Part shown: one piece after another, positions 15,001 through 26,753 of the stretch
Layout of the letters: every line of letters begins with the position of its first letter
Numbering within the stretch: the first letter of the stretch is position 1
Position numbers and translations under genes: made by a program
The notes under the pieces: model-generated
What the model was told of the DNA's origin: nothing
Seen by the model: only the letters and a program-made list of their open reading frames with translations
The model's database searches: none
NCBI RefSeq assembly: GCF_964355755.1
Contig: NC_092676.1
Span: forward strand, 27,298,871 to 27,362,870
Origin: Antedon mediterranea
Lineage: Eukaryota; Animalia; Echinodermata
Direction: 5' to 3'
DNA length: 64,000 nucleotides

Positions 15001-17170
15001 TGGTTGTATGTTAGACTTGCCCCAAGTCTGTAGTTGTTTTTGTCTTTTTTGAGATAAGTGTAAATAACGCCATATGTGCCAAAATATTTATCTTTTTACT
15101 AATATTAATTTGAAACTTTATCTAGAACCTAGACTAGTTGTATATTTGTGTGAGCGTGATAAAGAGGACTTTATTTTGTTTTGAAATCTTTAGAAATCAG
15201 TGAAAATAATGCACTGACTCAGTCAACATTTCATACGACCTTTGACCTACTGGATTCCATGCACATACAACCTTTGAACCCAGAAGATGTTGAAAGGCTT
15301 CGAAAAGAGTTAGAGGAACAACTGGTGGTGATGCAGCACAAAGGAACTATGGAAGAGGTTTGTATGGATTTTTGATTATCTACAATTTTTAGCTATTTTA
15401 ATTTTTGAGTATTTGATATTTTATATGTGGGTATTTGTATGTTTTATCGAGGGCCTTTAATGATCAATTCCTATACATGAACTGGATAGGCCACCCTCAT
15501 TAAAGATGGTTGTAAATAAATAAATAAAACATAGCATAAATGCTCTTTAAAAATTTATATTTTGTAGGAGAGACAGGCCCAAGAAGCATGGCATAAGTAT
15601 GTGTCCCTCACGTCCAGCCTAGCCCGCGACTTATGTGAACAACTTAGACTTGTGCTTGAACCAACCCAAGCTTCCAAACTCAGAGGAGATTTCCGAAGCG
15701 GCAAGCGTTTAAACATGCGTAAAGTGATACCGTATATTGCTAGCCATTTCCGTAAGGATAAAATCTGGTTACGACGGAGCAAGCCCAGTAAACGTCAGTA
15801 TCAGATCATGTTGGCTGTGGATGACTCATCAAGTATGGATGATAACCACTCCAAACAGGTACAGATTGATTGAAATATATATTTATACTGGGTAACCTCT
15901 TCAGTCAACGACTGGTCTCCCAGAGGGCCCAGTTGGTGATCAGTGGCTGTGATGTACTAATACACCGGGGTAACCCCCTACTCGTCTCGAAAGATGTACT
16001 AGGTTCTTTAAAGTGCACACGAGCTAGATGTGTACACTGGACCTACGGTTTATAGTCCTTATCCGAGAAGACTCGTTCTACCACCAGAACCATGGAGTGA
16101 GTGATCCTCGAACCCATGCCGATGTTATGGCTACGTAATTACGGTTCCACTGTCTTAACCGCTCGGCCACTCACTCACAAAAAGAAGACTTTTATTGATT
16201 GATAGATAATTACCACAATGCTTCAATGATTTATTCTTTTTTAGCTTGCCTTTGAATCTTTAGCTGTCATCAGTAACGCCCTCACATGGTTAGAAGTTGG
16301 AGAATTCTCAGTTTGCAGGTGAGTAAACAAACAAATTCAACTTTACCATATATTTAGAACAAGTGTATATATAGGTGGGGTGGTGCTATTACTCTAGTTT
16401 TAATGGTGTTTTTTTTTCAGTTTTGGTGAAAGTGTTCAGTTGCTCCATCCATTTCATGAACAGTTCACCGACCAATCAGGCGCTAGGATTCTACAACAAT
16501 TTACATTCTCACAGAAGAAGACCAAGATTGGGCAGGTAAGTCATACACCAAAAATAGGAATATATAATACATAATTTAAAGACTATTAATACTACTAACT
16601 TAATGATTACATCCACAAGTTTCTAGCACAAATGTTGGCATTTATTTCATGTTTGCAACCCCTGACATCATAATTGTAACTTATTTTCCCAGCTACTAGC
16701 GTATATATCATCATTAATGACGTCCGCCCAATACAGATTGCGAGGATCATCATCCGGCACGTCGCAGCTCTTATTGGTCGTCAGTGACGGCCGTGGGCTT
16801 TTCTTAGAAGGGATGGAAGCGGTCAGATCTGCAGTTCGTCAAGCAAGAGATTCGAATATTTTTCTTGTCTTTGTAATCTTAGACAATCCAAAGAATAAAG
16901 TGAGTTTTTTTCTCTAATTTACATACTTTTTAAGAGCATTTTATTATATTTTGTGTAAAAAATAATAATTTTGTTTCTTTTTTGTAGGATTCCATCTTAG
17001 ACATCCGTGTGCCATTATTCAAAGGTCCAGGAGAAATGCCAGAGATTCGTTCGTACATGGAACACTTTCCTTTTCCGTTTTATATTGTATTGCGCGACAT
17101 AAGTGCGCTTCCAGAAACGCTAAGCGATGCTCTGCGGCAATGGTTTGAACTTGTTACTGCTGGGGAATAA
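1..17170 (+). CDS. MDN1: Midasin (MDN1/Rea1 AAA-ATPase), 3' part of a multi-exon gene; the 5' part lies upstream of the window
   Basis: Exons read from splice sites, approximate: <1-51, 428-748, 1150-1337, 1619-1877, 2665-2941, 3035-3273, 3634-3729, 3992-4086, 4217-4497, 4664-4773, 4913-5017, 6330-6440, 6594-6806, 7009-7105, 7345-7447, 7603-7708, 7847-7962, 8157-8445, 8641-8732, 8858-9051, 9885-10043, 10320-10486, 10632-10793, 10968-11241, 11598-11822, 11920-12029, 12164-12314, 12439-12635, 12758-12949, 13202-13423, 13807-13998, 14570-14693, 15194-15357, 15568-15858, 16245-16318, 16421-16534, 16693-16899, 16988-17170. Midasin hallmarks: ELLDEWPDHPIL, GFCIPPE...GGGIGAGEGVKDVSDQIENEDQV, a D/E-rich region, LCEQLRLVLEPTQASKLRGDFRSGKRLNMRKVIPYIAS, MIDAS DDSSSM, and C-terminus LPETLSDALRQWFELVTAGE* (TAA 17168-17170). 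Confidence 0.96.
2101..2627. repeat. 24-bp minisatellite (about 21 copies) in an MDN1 intron
   Basis: Unit approximately GAGGTAGAACCATAATGGTA(C/G)CCT. It lies between the exons ending at 1877 and starting at 2665. Confidence 0.95.
3402..3583 (-). mobile_element. 3' part of a SINE (core plus L2-like tail)
   Basis: The minus strand reads CAGGTGTATAAATGGG...GCGCTTAGATG...GCACTATATAAATCCACGAT(ATT)n, a typical SINE core with an L2-type 3' end. Confidence 0.55.
5060..5311 (+). mobile_element. tRNA-derived SINE (tRNA-like head 5060-5132)
   Basis: A-box TAGCTCAGTCG, B-box GGTTCGATTCC and acceptor-stem pairing GATCAGT/GCTGGTC, followed by about 180 bp of GC-richer body. Intronic. Confidence 0.65.
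5312..6242 (+). mobile_element. 5'-truncated CR1/L2-clade LINE (RT C-terminus, open 288-aa ORF) in an MDN1 intron
   Basis: LGPTLFALYINDLP, LFADDTK, KDLGVLI, YKHYVRPHLEF and FSQRVINHWNSL motifs. (AAACT)n tail at about 6222-6242. Confidence 0.92.
9225..9275 (+). mobile_element. tRNA-derived fragment within a short interspersed repeat
   Basis: CTCGCCCTGTAAGCGAG anticodon-like arm plus a GCAGGTTCGAATCCCGC T-arm/B-box. The 5' half is degenerate. Confidence 0.45.
11309..11447. repeat. 68-bp tandem duplication (2 copies), intronic
   Basis: CGTACGTCTTCAGATCACTTGTTAATACC...CTCTAGACCACAAGCA occurs twice in tandem. Confidence 0.9.
13035..13192. repeat. Degenerate 16-21-bp tandem repeat (ATATACACTAATGG-like)
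   Basis: Repeated ATATACACTAATGG(C/T) units lie just before the exon at 13202. Confidence 0.7.
14033..14349. mobile_element. MITE with terminal inverted repeats (PIF/Harbinger-like)
   Basis: Left TAAGCGTGGTTCCCACTAG pairs with right CTAATGGGAACCATGCTTA. It has internal TTGCG/CGCAA-type repeats. Confidence 0.65.
14808..14925. mobile_element. Fragment of a short MITE family (GCTCTGTCTACACTATCAAA ends); related copies at about 49590-49712 and 49788-49890
   Basis: GTCTACA(C/T)TATCAAACTTTATGTGACA...CATATCACTACCATATT is shared at three loci. The 49590 copy ends TAGTGTAGACAGAG, the inverted end. Confidence 0.6.
15568..15858 (+). CDS. MDN1: MDN1 exon encoding the start of the MIDAS/VWA domain
   Basis: ORF 15601-15873 reads KDKIWLRRSKPSKRQYQIMLAVDDSSSM. 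It is flanked by a ttgtag acceptor and a cag|gtacag donor. Confidence 0.93.
15864..16158 (-). mobile_element. tRNA-derived SINE (Meta-domain-like core) with (ATCA)n tail
   Basis: Minus strand: A-box GTGGCCGAGCGGTTAAG, B-box GGTTCGAGGATC, core CGGATAAGGACTATAAACCGTAGGTCC...GCACTTTAAAGAACC. Confidence 0.7.
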
Positions 17171-17510
17171 CAAATGAATGATACTGCAGTACATCACTCA
17201 TTACTGCAGTGTGTCTTATTAGAAACGCTAAGCGATGCTCTGCAGCAATGGTTTAAACTTGTTACTGCTGGGTAATAACAAATAATACTACTGCAGTACA
17301 CCACTCATTACTGCAATGTGTCTTATTAGAAACGCTAAGCGATGCTCTGCAGCAATGGTTTAAACTTGTTAATGCTGGGTAATAACAAATAATACTACTG
17401 CAGTACACCACTCATTACTGCAGTATGTCTTATTAGAAACGTTAAGTGACGCTCATCGGCAATGGTTTGAACTTGTTACTGCTGGCGAATAACAAATTAC
17501 ATTACTGCAA
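17113..17510 (+). repeat. 107-108-bp tandem repeat (about 3.7 copies) of the MDN1 last codons, stop codon and proximal 3'UTR
   Basis: AGAAACG(C/T)TAAG(C/T)GA recurs at 17113, 17221, 17328 and 17435. Confidence 0.92.
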
Positions 17511-17876
17511 TATGGCTTATCAGATTTTAAGTAAATTTAAGGAGGATTTTACATTCCAGAATGATGAAACAAAGAGAAGATTAAAAGTGGAAATATTTAT
17601 TATCCAAGTTGGGAGTAATTTTAAAAGGCAAAATGTCAAATTGTTTGACTATATGGTTTTGTAATGCATTGACTGAATTGATATTTGATTAACTTTTGAA
17701 GAGAATATTTGAAATAATGATGAACTGGAAGAAAAAACTGTCCTGCAGTACAATTGCATTTGTCAACTTGCACAACAGCTTCATCTTGTATTTTTACTTC
17801 AACATACTTAAACATGACAACAAAAAATTATCTACAAATGATAATTTATTATATAATAAATTGTGATGTTGGTGCT

Positions 17877-17882
17877 AATAAA
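17877..17882 (+). terminator. Candidate MDN1 polyadenylation signal AATAAA
   Basis: AATAAA about 700 bp after the stop, followed by a T-rich tract. It is conserved in the duplicated copies of this 3'UTR block. Confidence 0.4.
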
Positions 17883-18319
17883 AACTAAGTTGTAAATTGA
17901 GTTTTTAGCCTTTATTTTATTACACTGAAACCAAAGCATTATTTGCACACTCCAGGAATATACAAATAAATGAATGTAATCATCGTAATTTTGACCACTG
18001 TTTTTTTTTTTCTATTTTCATTAACATAACATTACTGCAACATTATTTGATGCTGTAGATGCATCCAACACAATGTGGCAATTTTCCTTTTCATTTGCAC
18101 TTGAGATTGTTATACAGTGTATATATATATATATATTTTTTTACATGATTTTTTTTCTTTACATTTTACAGTATACAGTAGGTAACAGAGGCCTGCATTG
18201 TGTTTTCTCATAAGATATTCTCACTTGTCACCTAGCAACGTTAACAGATAGAAGGCACTGTTCATATTAGGTAAGGTGTTTTCTGTTTTAGTTGTATTTT
18301 ACATTACTTATTACTTATA

Positions 18320-18385
18320 GATTCATATTTTGTTGGTGCTGTCACTGTAATTTGTTACAGCAACCATACATGGGTTATATGAAAA
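18320..18385 (-). pseudogene. Relic of a TRIM-NHL 3' end
   Basis: The minus strand encodes SYNPCMVAVTNYSDSTNKI*, matching the paralog C-terminus SHNPCMVAVAN...TIKI. Confidence 0.7.
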
Positions 18386-18621
18386 AATATGTATAGGAAT
18401 AATATAAAAATACACATTGAATGATTAGATTAAGAATTAAAATACTAAAGATATTATTTATATTTTTTCATTAATTATGAATTAGGTAAAAATGGATCAC
18501 ATTTAGATATGTACAAAATTTACAATTTGATTTAATTACTTGAATATATATATATAGGAAATACTTTATATTAATTTATATACATGGTGAAGAGTAGTCT
18601 TAAATTGCTTTTAATAATTAA

Positions 18622-20327
18622 TCATTTAATAATCATTTTGATTGTTTCGCCACCCCCATTTGCTACAGCAACCATACATGGATTATGAGAAATGATACAT
18701 AACTGAAGTGGTACACTAATTCCACCTTCTTGTTTATCAATTCTTTTGATAAAATGTCCATCACTACTGAATAGTTGTAGTTTGTTGTTACTTGCTATGA
18801 TGATGTTATCATCCTCATCAACTACAACATCCCATGGCATCATCACTTTACCATCTTCATCTCCTTTATTGATGAGTACTTTCAGTGACTTGTCCTTGTC
18901 ATCATACAATAATACTTGATGCTGTGCTGCATGTGCTACTAGTACTTTGCCAGTTTTTGTAAGTGCAACATCAGAGTATCCATTGTAACATCCTTCCTTT
19001 TGTGTTCCTATCTTCTTCAACAGCTGACCATTAATTATGTCAAACACGTACACACATGTAATGTGCCAATCTGCTACATATATAACATTAGTTGCCTCAT
19101 CTATGTGAATACCACATGGATCCATCAATACACCCTTACCAATGGATCTGATCACATGATCATTCATATCACATACTTGAATGCATTTATTACCAACATC
19201 ACTGAATGCTATACTGTATTGCCATTCTTCATTTTGTACATTCTGGTAACCATCACACCTTCTGGTAGTGTAATCTTGCTTATACATTCTCCTGATAGTG
19301 TGTACTTGTGAATTTCATTTGTGAGAAATGAAACCAGCAAGCAATCATCATCATACTTTACTACTCCAAAAGGCTGACCCTCTACTTTGATAGTAAGGGG
19401 TTTGATCGTGACTTTTCCAATGTCATTTTCTTTCAATAAATCAATTGAATGTTTGTTTCTGATAAAGTTAATCTGTCTACTTGTGCTGACTTGCTGGATT
19501 TCTTCAGATTTATTAATTTCATCCATCATTTTATTTAATACAATCTCACTTGATTTCATAGCAGTTGCTGTCTCACTCTTTAGTAACTGATTTAGGGAAC
19601 TCACATTTGTGTTTAATTCAGCGTTGATTTTTGTTAATTTTGTAATTTGTAAGTCATTAACTTTCTTTTCATTTTCATAATTTTCTTCAACTTTTTTCTT
19701 CATTTCATCTGCTTTTTTCTGGATTATTAAAAACATTTCTTGAACTTGGTTATCAATATCTGTGAGACTTGCATCTTTACTTTCTTCTAGTTCTTTAGCA
19801 TTCTTTGTGACTATTTTGAGTACATTTTCTATTTTTTTTATGGATTCATTGGCAGCTTTCTTTAAGTCTTCTGATGTTTCCTTAAACGTATTAAATGCTG
19901 TTACAATGTTAATTAGTTCATGTTTTCCATCTCCTGCAGCATGTTCCATTGCAGTGCATTCTATGCATATTGGTACTTTACATTTTGTGCAATACATTTC
20001 TAATGGTTTAGCATGAGAGGCACATAGAGAGGCAGTGCCTTTAACGTCTTCTTTTTTTTCATGTTGTTTGATGGTTTCCAAGAGGTTGTTAAGAATTGTA
20101 TTTGGGGCAAGTTTTTCAAGCCCTCCTACTGGAATAGGATACTCTTTGCGACAAATAGGGCATGTTAGCTTGCCATGATTGGTTTGAACCCAATTCTCCA
20201 AACACTTCAGACAGAAACTATGAAGACAGCTAAGTGATTTTGGATCTTCTAGCCTTCCATTACAGATAGAACATTCTAGTACTTTATCATCTATATCTCC
20301 AAGTAAACTAATGTCGTTGCTAGCCAT
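18622..20327 (-). pseudogene. TRIM-NHL copy 1 (RING, B-box2, coiled-coil, NHL), frameshifted by a 5-bp insertion
   Basis: ATG at 20327 follows a ttgcag acceptor. RING is CSIC..CLHSFCLKC..CPIC. ORFs 19209-20354 and 18622-19287 join once CTGTA at 19214-19218 is removed, restoring NGNIAFSD. Confidence 0.9.
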
Positions 20328-20411
20328 CCTGCAATATTGATTTGTAATCAACATAAATTATTCAATCTAATATAGTAATAAGGATAGTAATGGTTTTAGC
20401 TATACAAACAA

Positions 20412-21154
20412 CAGGGTCAGACGCAGGGGGGGTTGCCCTAGTTACCCGGGCAACACACTTAATTTCATGCTAAATGTTTTTTTTCTGTCACTAAATTAAA
20501 ATTTAAATCCCATTTATCATATATAATAACCATTAACGTTATAGAGTCCAGTTTTGAAAGAGCCTATATGTAAATTGACAGACTGCAGCGTAAAATTATA
20601 ACCAGCATTACAATACCGCGCACTATTTTTCTGTGTGAATAAATTTCTGACTGTTTGGATTGCTTGTGTGCATCATGAGAAGGTACGAAATAAAACTTCA
20701 CTACACACTGTGTTCGTGGAAAACCCCGTCATATGGGGTGGTTGATTTGTCCATAATTATTGCATTTTGCCGGAGATTCCCCATCATATTGTCTAACTTT
20801 TTAAAATTTTTAATTGATAATAATAATAATTAATTTGTATTGATTGATTATAATTGTTAGAATTTATTAGCTTCTTACCGGAAGTACATTCGTCGTGACT
20901 TCCTTTGACGTTAAAAATGTCGCGTGTGTTTTACCAGCGGAAAAAATAGGTGGGATACGATGGTATTGCTCTTTGGTAGGCGAACTATAGGTGCCATTTA
21001 TCGTGAATTTTACGTTCGAGAGTACCATTTCCGGCCATCTAGGGGTGTCATTTAACCAAATTTGCTTCACCACAGGCCCCGCCTGCAAAAACTCGTTATC
21101 TACGGTTTTGGACTTGTGGGCAACCCCCTTAAAATAGTTCTGCGACCGCCCCTG
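20412..21154. mobile_element. Non-autonomous hAT-like DNA transposon (about 740 bp)
   Basis: Ends CAGGGTCAGACGCAG...CTGCGACCGCCCCTG with ACAAACAA-like direct repeats on both sides, one base off register. Absent from the paralogous 5' flanks at about 29810 and 61450. Confidence 0.75.
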
Positions 21155-21604
21155 AACAAACAATATTTGCTAAGAATAACTAAAGTCTATTCTTTATTAT
21201 TGATATTCATTTATTTAGGTAAAAATTTTCAATATCAAATTCATCTACATTCTTATAGATTATTTCTTTTAATGGAGTTATATGGATTGGATTTGAACCC
21301 TTTGAAATAGTCAAACACAAAGTTGCTTAATTATTGTAAATAATAAATATTAAAAAGTCACCTCTTGATAAATGGTTGTACTTAAGCTTCTTTACGTGCT
21401 GACGTGGTTGTTGAAAAGTCAGAAAGATTCCCAAAAGGTGCTGACGTGGTCGTTGAAAAGTAAGAAAGATTGGTCGGTCCAAGGTTACTATAGTAAGGGA
21501 GTTTTGCAATCATGGGACCTGATATTTAGTAAGTGCTATCGGTAAAATGTTTTTGTATTTTAAAAAATTACAATGTATCAATAACATGCTGTAAAATTGT
21601 TATT

Positions 21605-21805
21605 TAGGTAAGCAACTTCAAAGAATCTACAAAACATTTTCTTGACCAAACACATCAGATTGAAATGTTACTTGACTGCTGCCCTCTTATGACTGCTGTA
21701 GAATCTGTCCGTATTATATTTCCATGTGAGAAACTGTCCGCAATGAGTAGAGCAAGGAAAGGCGATTACACCTGGCCAAGGATTATGAGTTCTATAAAGG
21801 TAAAT
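21605..21805 (+). pseudogene. Duplicated, internally deleted MDN1 exon (copy of 8157-8445); a second copy lies at 31210-31412
   Basis: CAGATTGAAATGTTACTTGACTGCTGCCCTCTTATG...GAGTTCTATAAAGGTAAATA is nearly identical to 8296-8452 and keeps the GT donor. Confidence 0.9.
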
Positions 21806-22808
21806 AATTTAAAGATGTATTGTCACCCAAAATCATGAAAAATAAAAATGTATAAAATCAGACTTTGAATAGGCCATTTTGCAGTTATAATGAAAACGAT
21901 TAAAATAATGATTTCACTTATAAAAAGACAAAATAAACAGCCAAATTAAAAAAAAAAAATATTGTTTGCTTTAAATTACAGTTTTTTCCGGTAAATTCAG
22001 GAGGACAATATATCTTTAAATTACATTTTTGCACTTCAATAACATACAAACTTTATTTATAGAGTTGAGATAATTTTACTAAAGATCGTAAAATTAAAAC
22101 GTGGAGTTCTATTCCTTGTTATTTCACAATATACCGCTGCCACCATTTAATGATTGCCGGACACGTTTTAATGATTATTTTAACTTTTAATGTATAACTA
22201 TTAATCGGTATTATTATTCAACATGGCGTTGTATTAGAACTGCCGTTAGTGCGCAGTAGCGTTGCTATGGTTATATAGTTGGGGGCAGCATACATATATT
22301 ATGATATTACTACAGGGTTCACAATTGAGAAATTTCAAGCCAACAGCAACCTCAAACTTGACATGTATGCTACAGTTTGGTTTTGGAACGTGGATCAGTT
22401 GACATTGCGTTGCATTTCATATGACCCGCGAAAAATGTTTAAATAGGGTTAAAAGCCATGTGGCTTTTGCTCCATAGTCCACATATGTATTGATGCCATC
22501 CGCGACACTATACTCTATATCTGGCCCTCTAGATTATTTGTAAATTACAATCTGGCCCACAGTATAACTACTGGTATACATAACATAAATAGCTTAGCAG
22601 GCCCATACAACTTAATTAATATCATTGTTATTTAAGTTTAATTTAATTACGTATGTTAAGCTATACAATATATTTAAGATGATATTTCAATTATAAACTT
22701 TTTATAAAATGTATAACATACTTAGACTATATTTTTTTAATTAGTATGCACAAATTAAAATTGTAGGCCTATGTATTGAAATTTCTAAATGTATATTACT
22801 CATAAATT

Positions 22809-24234
22809 ACAAATAATAGACTTATAATGTACAAACATATGTAGAATAAACAATAAATATACAAATAATAGACTTATTATATACAAACATATGTAGAATA
22901 AACAATAAATATACAAATAATAGACTTATTATATATAAACATATGTAGAATAAACAATAAATATACAAATAATAGACTTATTATATACAAACATATGTAG
23001 AATAAACAATAAATATACAAATAATAGACTTATCATATACAAACATATGTAAAATCAACAATAAATATACAAATAATAGACTTATTATATACAAACATAT
23101 GTAAAATAAACAATGAATATACAAATAATAGACTTATTATATACAAACATATGTAGAATAAACAATAAATATACAAATAATAGACTTATCATATACAAAC
23201 ATATGTAAAATAAACAATAAATATACAAATAATAGACTTATTATATACAAACATATGTAGAATAAACAATAAATATACAAATAATAGACTTATTATATAC
23301 AAACATATGTAAAATAAACAATAAATATACAAATAATAGAATAAACAATAAATATACAAATAATAGACTTATTATATACAAACATATGTAGAATAAACAA
23401 TAAATATACAAATAATAGACTTATTATATACAAACATATGTAGAATAAACAATAAATATACAAATAATAGACTTATCATATACAAACATATGTAGAATAA
23501 ACAATAAATATACAAATAATAGACTTATTATATACAAACATATGTAGAATAAACAATAAATATACAAATAATAGACTTATTATATACAAACATATGTAGA
23601 ATAAACAATAAATATACAAATAATAGACTTATCATATACAAACATATGTAAAATCAACAATAAATATACAAATAATAGACTTATTATATACAAACATATG
23701 TAAAATAAACAATGAATATACAAATAATAGACTTATTATATACAAACATATGTAGAATAAACAATAAATATACAAATAATAGACTTATCATATACAAACA
23801 TATGTAAAATAAACAATAAATATACAAATAATAGACTTATTATATACAAACATATGTAAAATAAACAATAAATATACAAATAATAGACTTATCATATACA
23901 AACATATGTAAAATAAACAATGAATATACAAATAATAGACTTATTATATACAAACATATGTAGAATAAACAATAAATATACAAATAATAGACTTATCATA
24001 TACAAACATATGTAGAATAAACAATAAATATACAAATAATAGACTTATTATATACAAACATATGTAGAATAAACAATAAATATACAAATAATAGACTTAT
24101 TATATATAAACATATGTAGAATAAACAATAAATATACAAATAATAGACTTATTATATACAAACATATGTAGAATAAACAATAAATATACAAATAATAGAC
24201 TTATTATATACAAACATATGTAGAATAAACAATA
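22809..24234. repeat. 52-bp AT-rich minisatellite, about 27 copies
   Basis: Unit ACAAATAATAGACTTATTATATACAAACATATGTAGAATAAACAATAAATAT. Confidence 0.97.
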
Positions 24235-24617
24235 GTTTAATTTATTTGATTTATAAAGTATGTAATTTATAAACAAAAATGACCCACAAAAAATCGAAAT
24301 AAAATATTGCAGAGTTAGTAATTAAGGATTCAGAATTGAATTGAATTGAGTATATCAAACAACAGCCACCAGTACAGTTGCTTTTCCACGTGGTCCTTTG
24401 ATAAGCCAGTGGCTTGAACAGAGATTGTTGCCTTTCTTGCAACAACCGCATAACTTTATTTCTTGTGTCTACATCACAAAACCATCATTTAATGAGTACC
24501 TTTCCCACAAAATGGAAAAGGTGTGGAGACTTAGGTTAAATTGTATAGGCCTTATGGAAAACTATACCTGGTGCAAATTACCCAACATCTCAATCTCTTC
24601 CAGATCAATTTTACAGT

Positions 24618-25695
24618 GCTGAGCAGATGTGGAAAGCAGCTGAACAACTTGAAAAATACAAGAAAAGAGTAGAAAAAAATGTTGGATTAAAGAATAAGCA
24701 CAGGCTAAATTGACATGGATTGCAGAAGATGAGAGCGTCATTTGTATATGATGAAATTATACCCACTAATAGCTATTTACTCAGATACCTATACACTATA
24801 TTAATTTACACTCTCCTTATTTACATTTACACTAATGTCTAACTAATTAATAGCTATCAATGGCTCAACAATCTGAAGGACTAATGATGGGGTGGATTAT
24901 TGCAGGTTACAAAGCAAGATAAACAAAGATAAAAAGGATTGCAACCAATCAGCAGCAAGCTGAACAGCCCGCCCTCAATGTGGAGTGATAGTAAATCAAA
25001 TATCTTTTTGTTTATTCCAATACGAATACATAGAAAATCTTCTTTCCTGGACAGAAAATATCAAATTGTATAAAATGGTATTAAAATCTATATTACAAAA
25101 TATTGCACTATTTAAAATTATGATTACCACCATTAAAACATGAAAAAAAAAACTTGTTAAAATGTAGAAGAATCAAACAGTTCAATTGCATTTGTCCTAA
25201 CCTCATCTTGGATTTTTATTTAAACAAAAATATATTTACAAATGATAATGCATTATAATATGAATTGTGATGTTGGTGCTAATAAAGTTGTAAATTGAGT
25301 TTTAATTTAAAGCCTTTATTTTAAAATTAAACTGTAACCAAAGCATTATGACCAGATCACCAGACCAGATAATGCAAATAAGATGGATGGAATAAGATTT
25401 GTCAAATCATCATAATTGTGTGCACTTTTTTTTCTCTATTTTCAGTACTGTAACATTATTTGATGCTCACACCAGATTTTAAATTTTCTGTTTCTGGGTA
25501 AAATGTGACAATTTTTTTCTTGTGCACTTGACTTGAGATTGAGATATACATTATTATATTATACAATATATATTTTTTAAACATTTTACAGTATACAGTA
25601 GGTAACAAATGCCTGCATTGTGTTTTCTCATAAGATATTCTCACTTGTCACCTAGCAACAGATGAAAGACGTTACTGTTCACATTAGGTAAGCTA
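24618..25695 (+). pseudogene. Collapsed relic of MDN1 D/E-region exons and 3'UTR
   Basis: Pieces match, in order, 12828-12970, 13178-13296, 13879-13918 and 17730-18275, for example GCAGGTTACAAAGCAAGATAAACAA and CAGCAAGCTGAACAGCCC. Related copies lie at about 37380-38595 and 55790-56365. Confidence 0.8.
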
Positions 25696-25873
25696 TGTTC
25701 TGGCTATTAAATACTATTTTTAAATAAATGTTTTTGTCAATGTAGTTAACATATTTTATTCTAAATTTTAGATGTGCTTCAACAGACAATGGTTTTTGAC
25801 CTCAGCCTACCAGATAATGAGTAGAGGAAAGGCCTTACACTTTTACAAGAATTCTAAAGGTAACTTTGATGTA

Positions 25874-26057
25874 CAGGGGTGGATCCAGGATTTTATATAT
25901 TGATATAAAAAAAAGTACATTTTCAAAAAGTAAGATTTCATTTTAGCTGTCAAATGGTGTAGCATTTGTGCTCCCCCATTTGATAGTTAAAATGAAATTT
26001 TACTTGTCAAATGGGGGCAGCACACGCCCAAAGCGTAACCCCCTGGATCTGCCGCTG
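25874..26057. mobile_element. Short hAT-like MITE, co-duplicated at about 38772-38949 and 56543-56705
   Basis: Inverted ends CAGGGGTGGATCCAGG...CCTGGATCTGCCGCTG. Confidence 0.65.
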
Positions 26058-26395
26058 ATATAAATGACAATTTATGTGTTTTTCAATTCAGTTTGTTTGC
26101 ATCCATGAATAGTTACAGTTGGTTTTTACTCGGGGTACCCGAGTCTAGGACTTACTCATTTTCTCCTCTTCTTCCTCCATCTGGACACTATTGAGTAAAA
26201 AGTGCGATTTTTAAAGTACTACTCCTCCCTTATTCGTTGTAGTATTGAGCTGGGATTTGGCATGAACATACTACAGGGACATGTCCTCAAAGCTATAGAG
26301 CCGGATTTTTAATTTTTTGTTAATTAATTTGTTTAATTAAGAAGCCACAATGTGTGACACACACCACAGCGTTATGTAGTTATATGGTTATATGC

Positions 26396-26467
26396 GGATT
26401 CTTGGCGTAGTGCTTATCACGTTTGCTTAACACGCAGAAGGTACCTGGTTCGAGCCCGGACGAAACC
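26396..26467 (+). tRNA. tRNA-Val(AAC)-like degenerate copy
   Basis: GGATTCTTGGCGTAGTGCTTATCACGTTTGCTTAACACGCAGAAGGTACCTGGTTCGAGCCCGGACGAAACC followed by a T-run. Confidence 0.6.
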
Positions 26468-26681
26468 TTTTTTTTAAACTTTATGGTGAAAAGTACTGTA
26501 TACGCAATATGATAATTATACACAGTATATCTTATTTTTAATTTTTTTTTAAATACTTATTTTGTGTAATCGGTAATTATCACTTTTAAACATGTTTATT
26601 TTTCTTTGTGCTTATTACCATATTTATTTGTAATTTAAATGGATTAAAAAACTTTCTGTAACCCACATTTTAAGTGTAAGT

Positions 26682-26753
26682 GGTTTTCGTAGTGTAGTGG
26701 TTGTCAAGTCTGCGTAACACGCAGAAGGTCCCGGTTCGAGCCCTGGCGAAACC
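26682..26753 (+). tRNA. tRNA-Val(AAC)-like copy, probably a pseudogene
   Basis: GGTTTTCGTAGTGTAGTGGTTGTCAAGTCTGCGTAACACGCAGAAGGTCCCGGTTCGAGCCCTGGCGAAACC. It has A and B boxes, acceptor-stem pairing and a downstream T-run. Confidence 0.65.
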
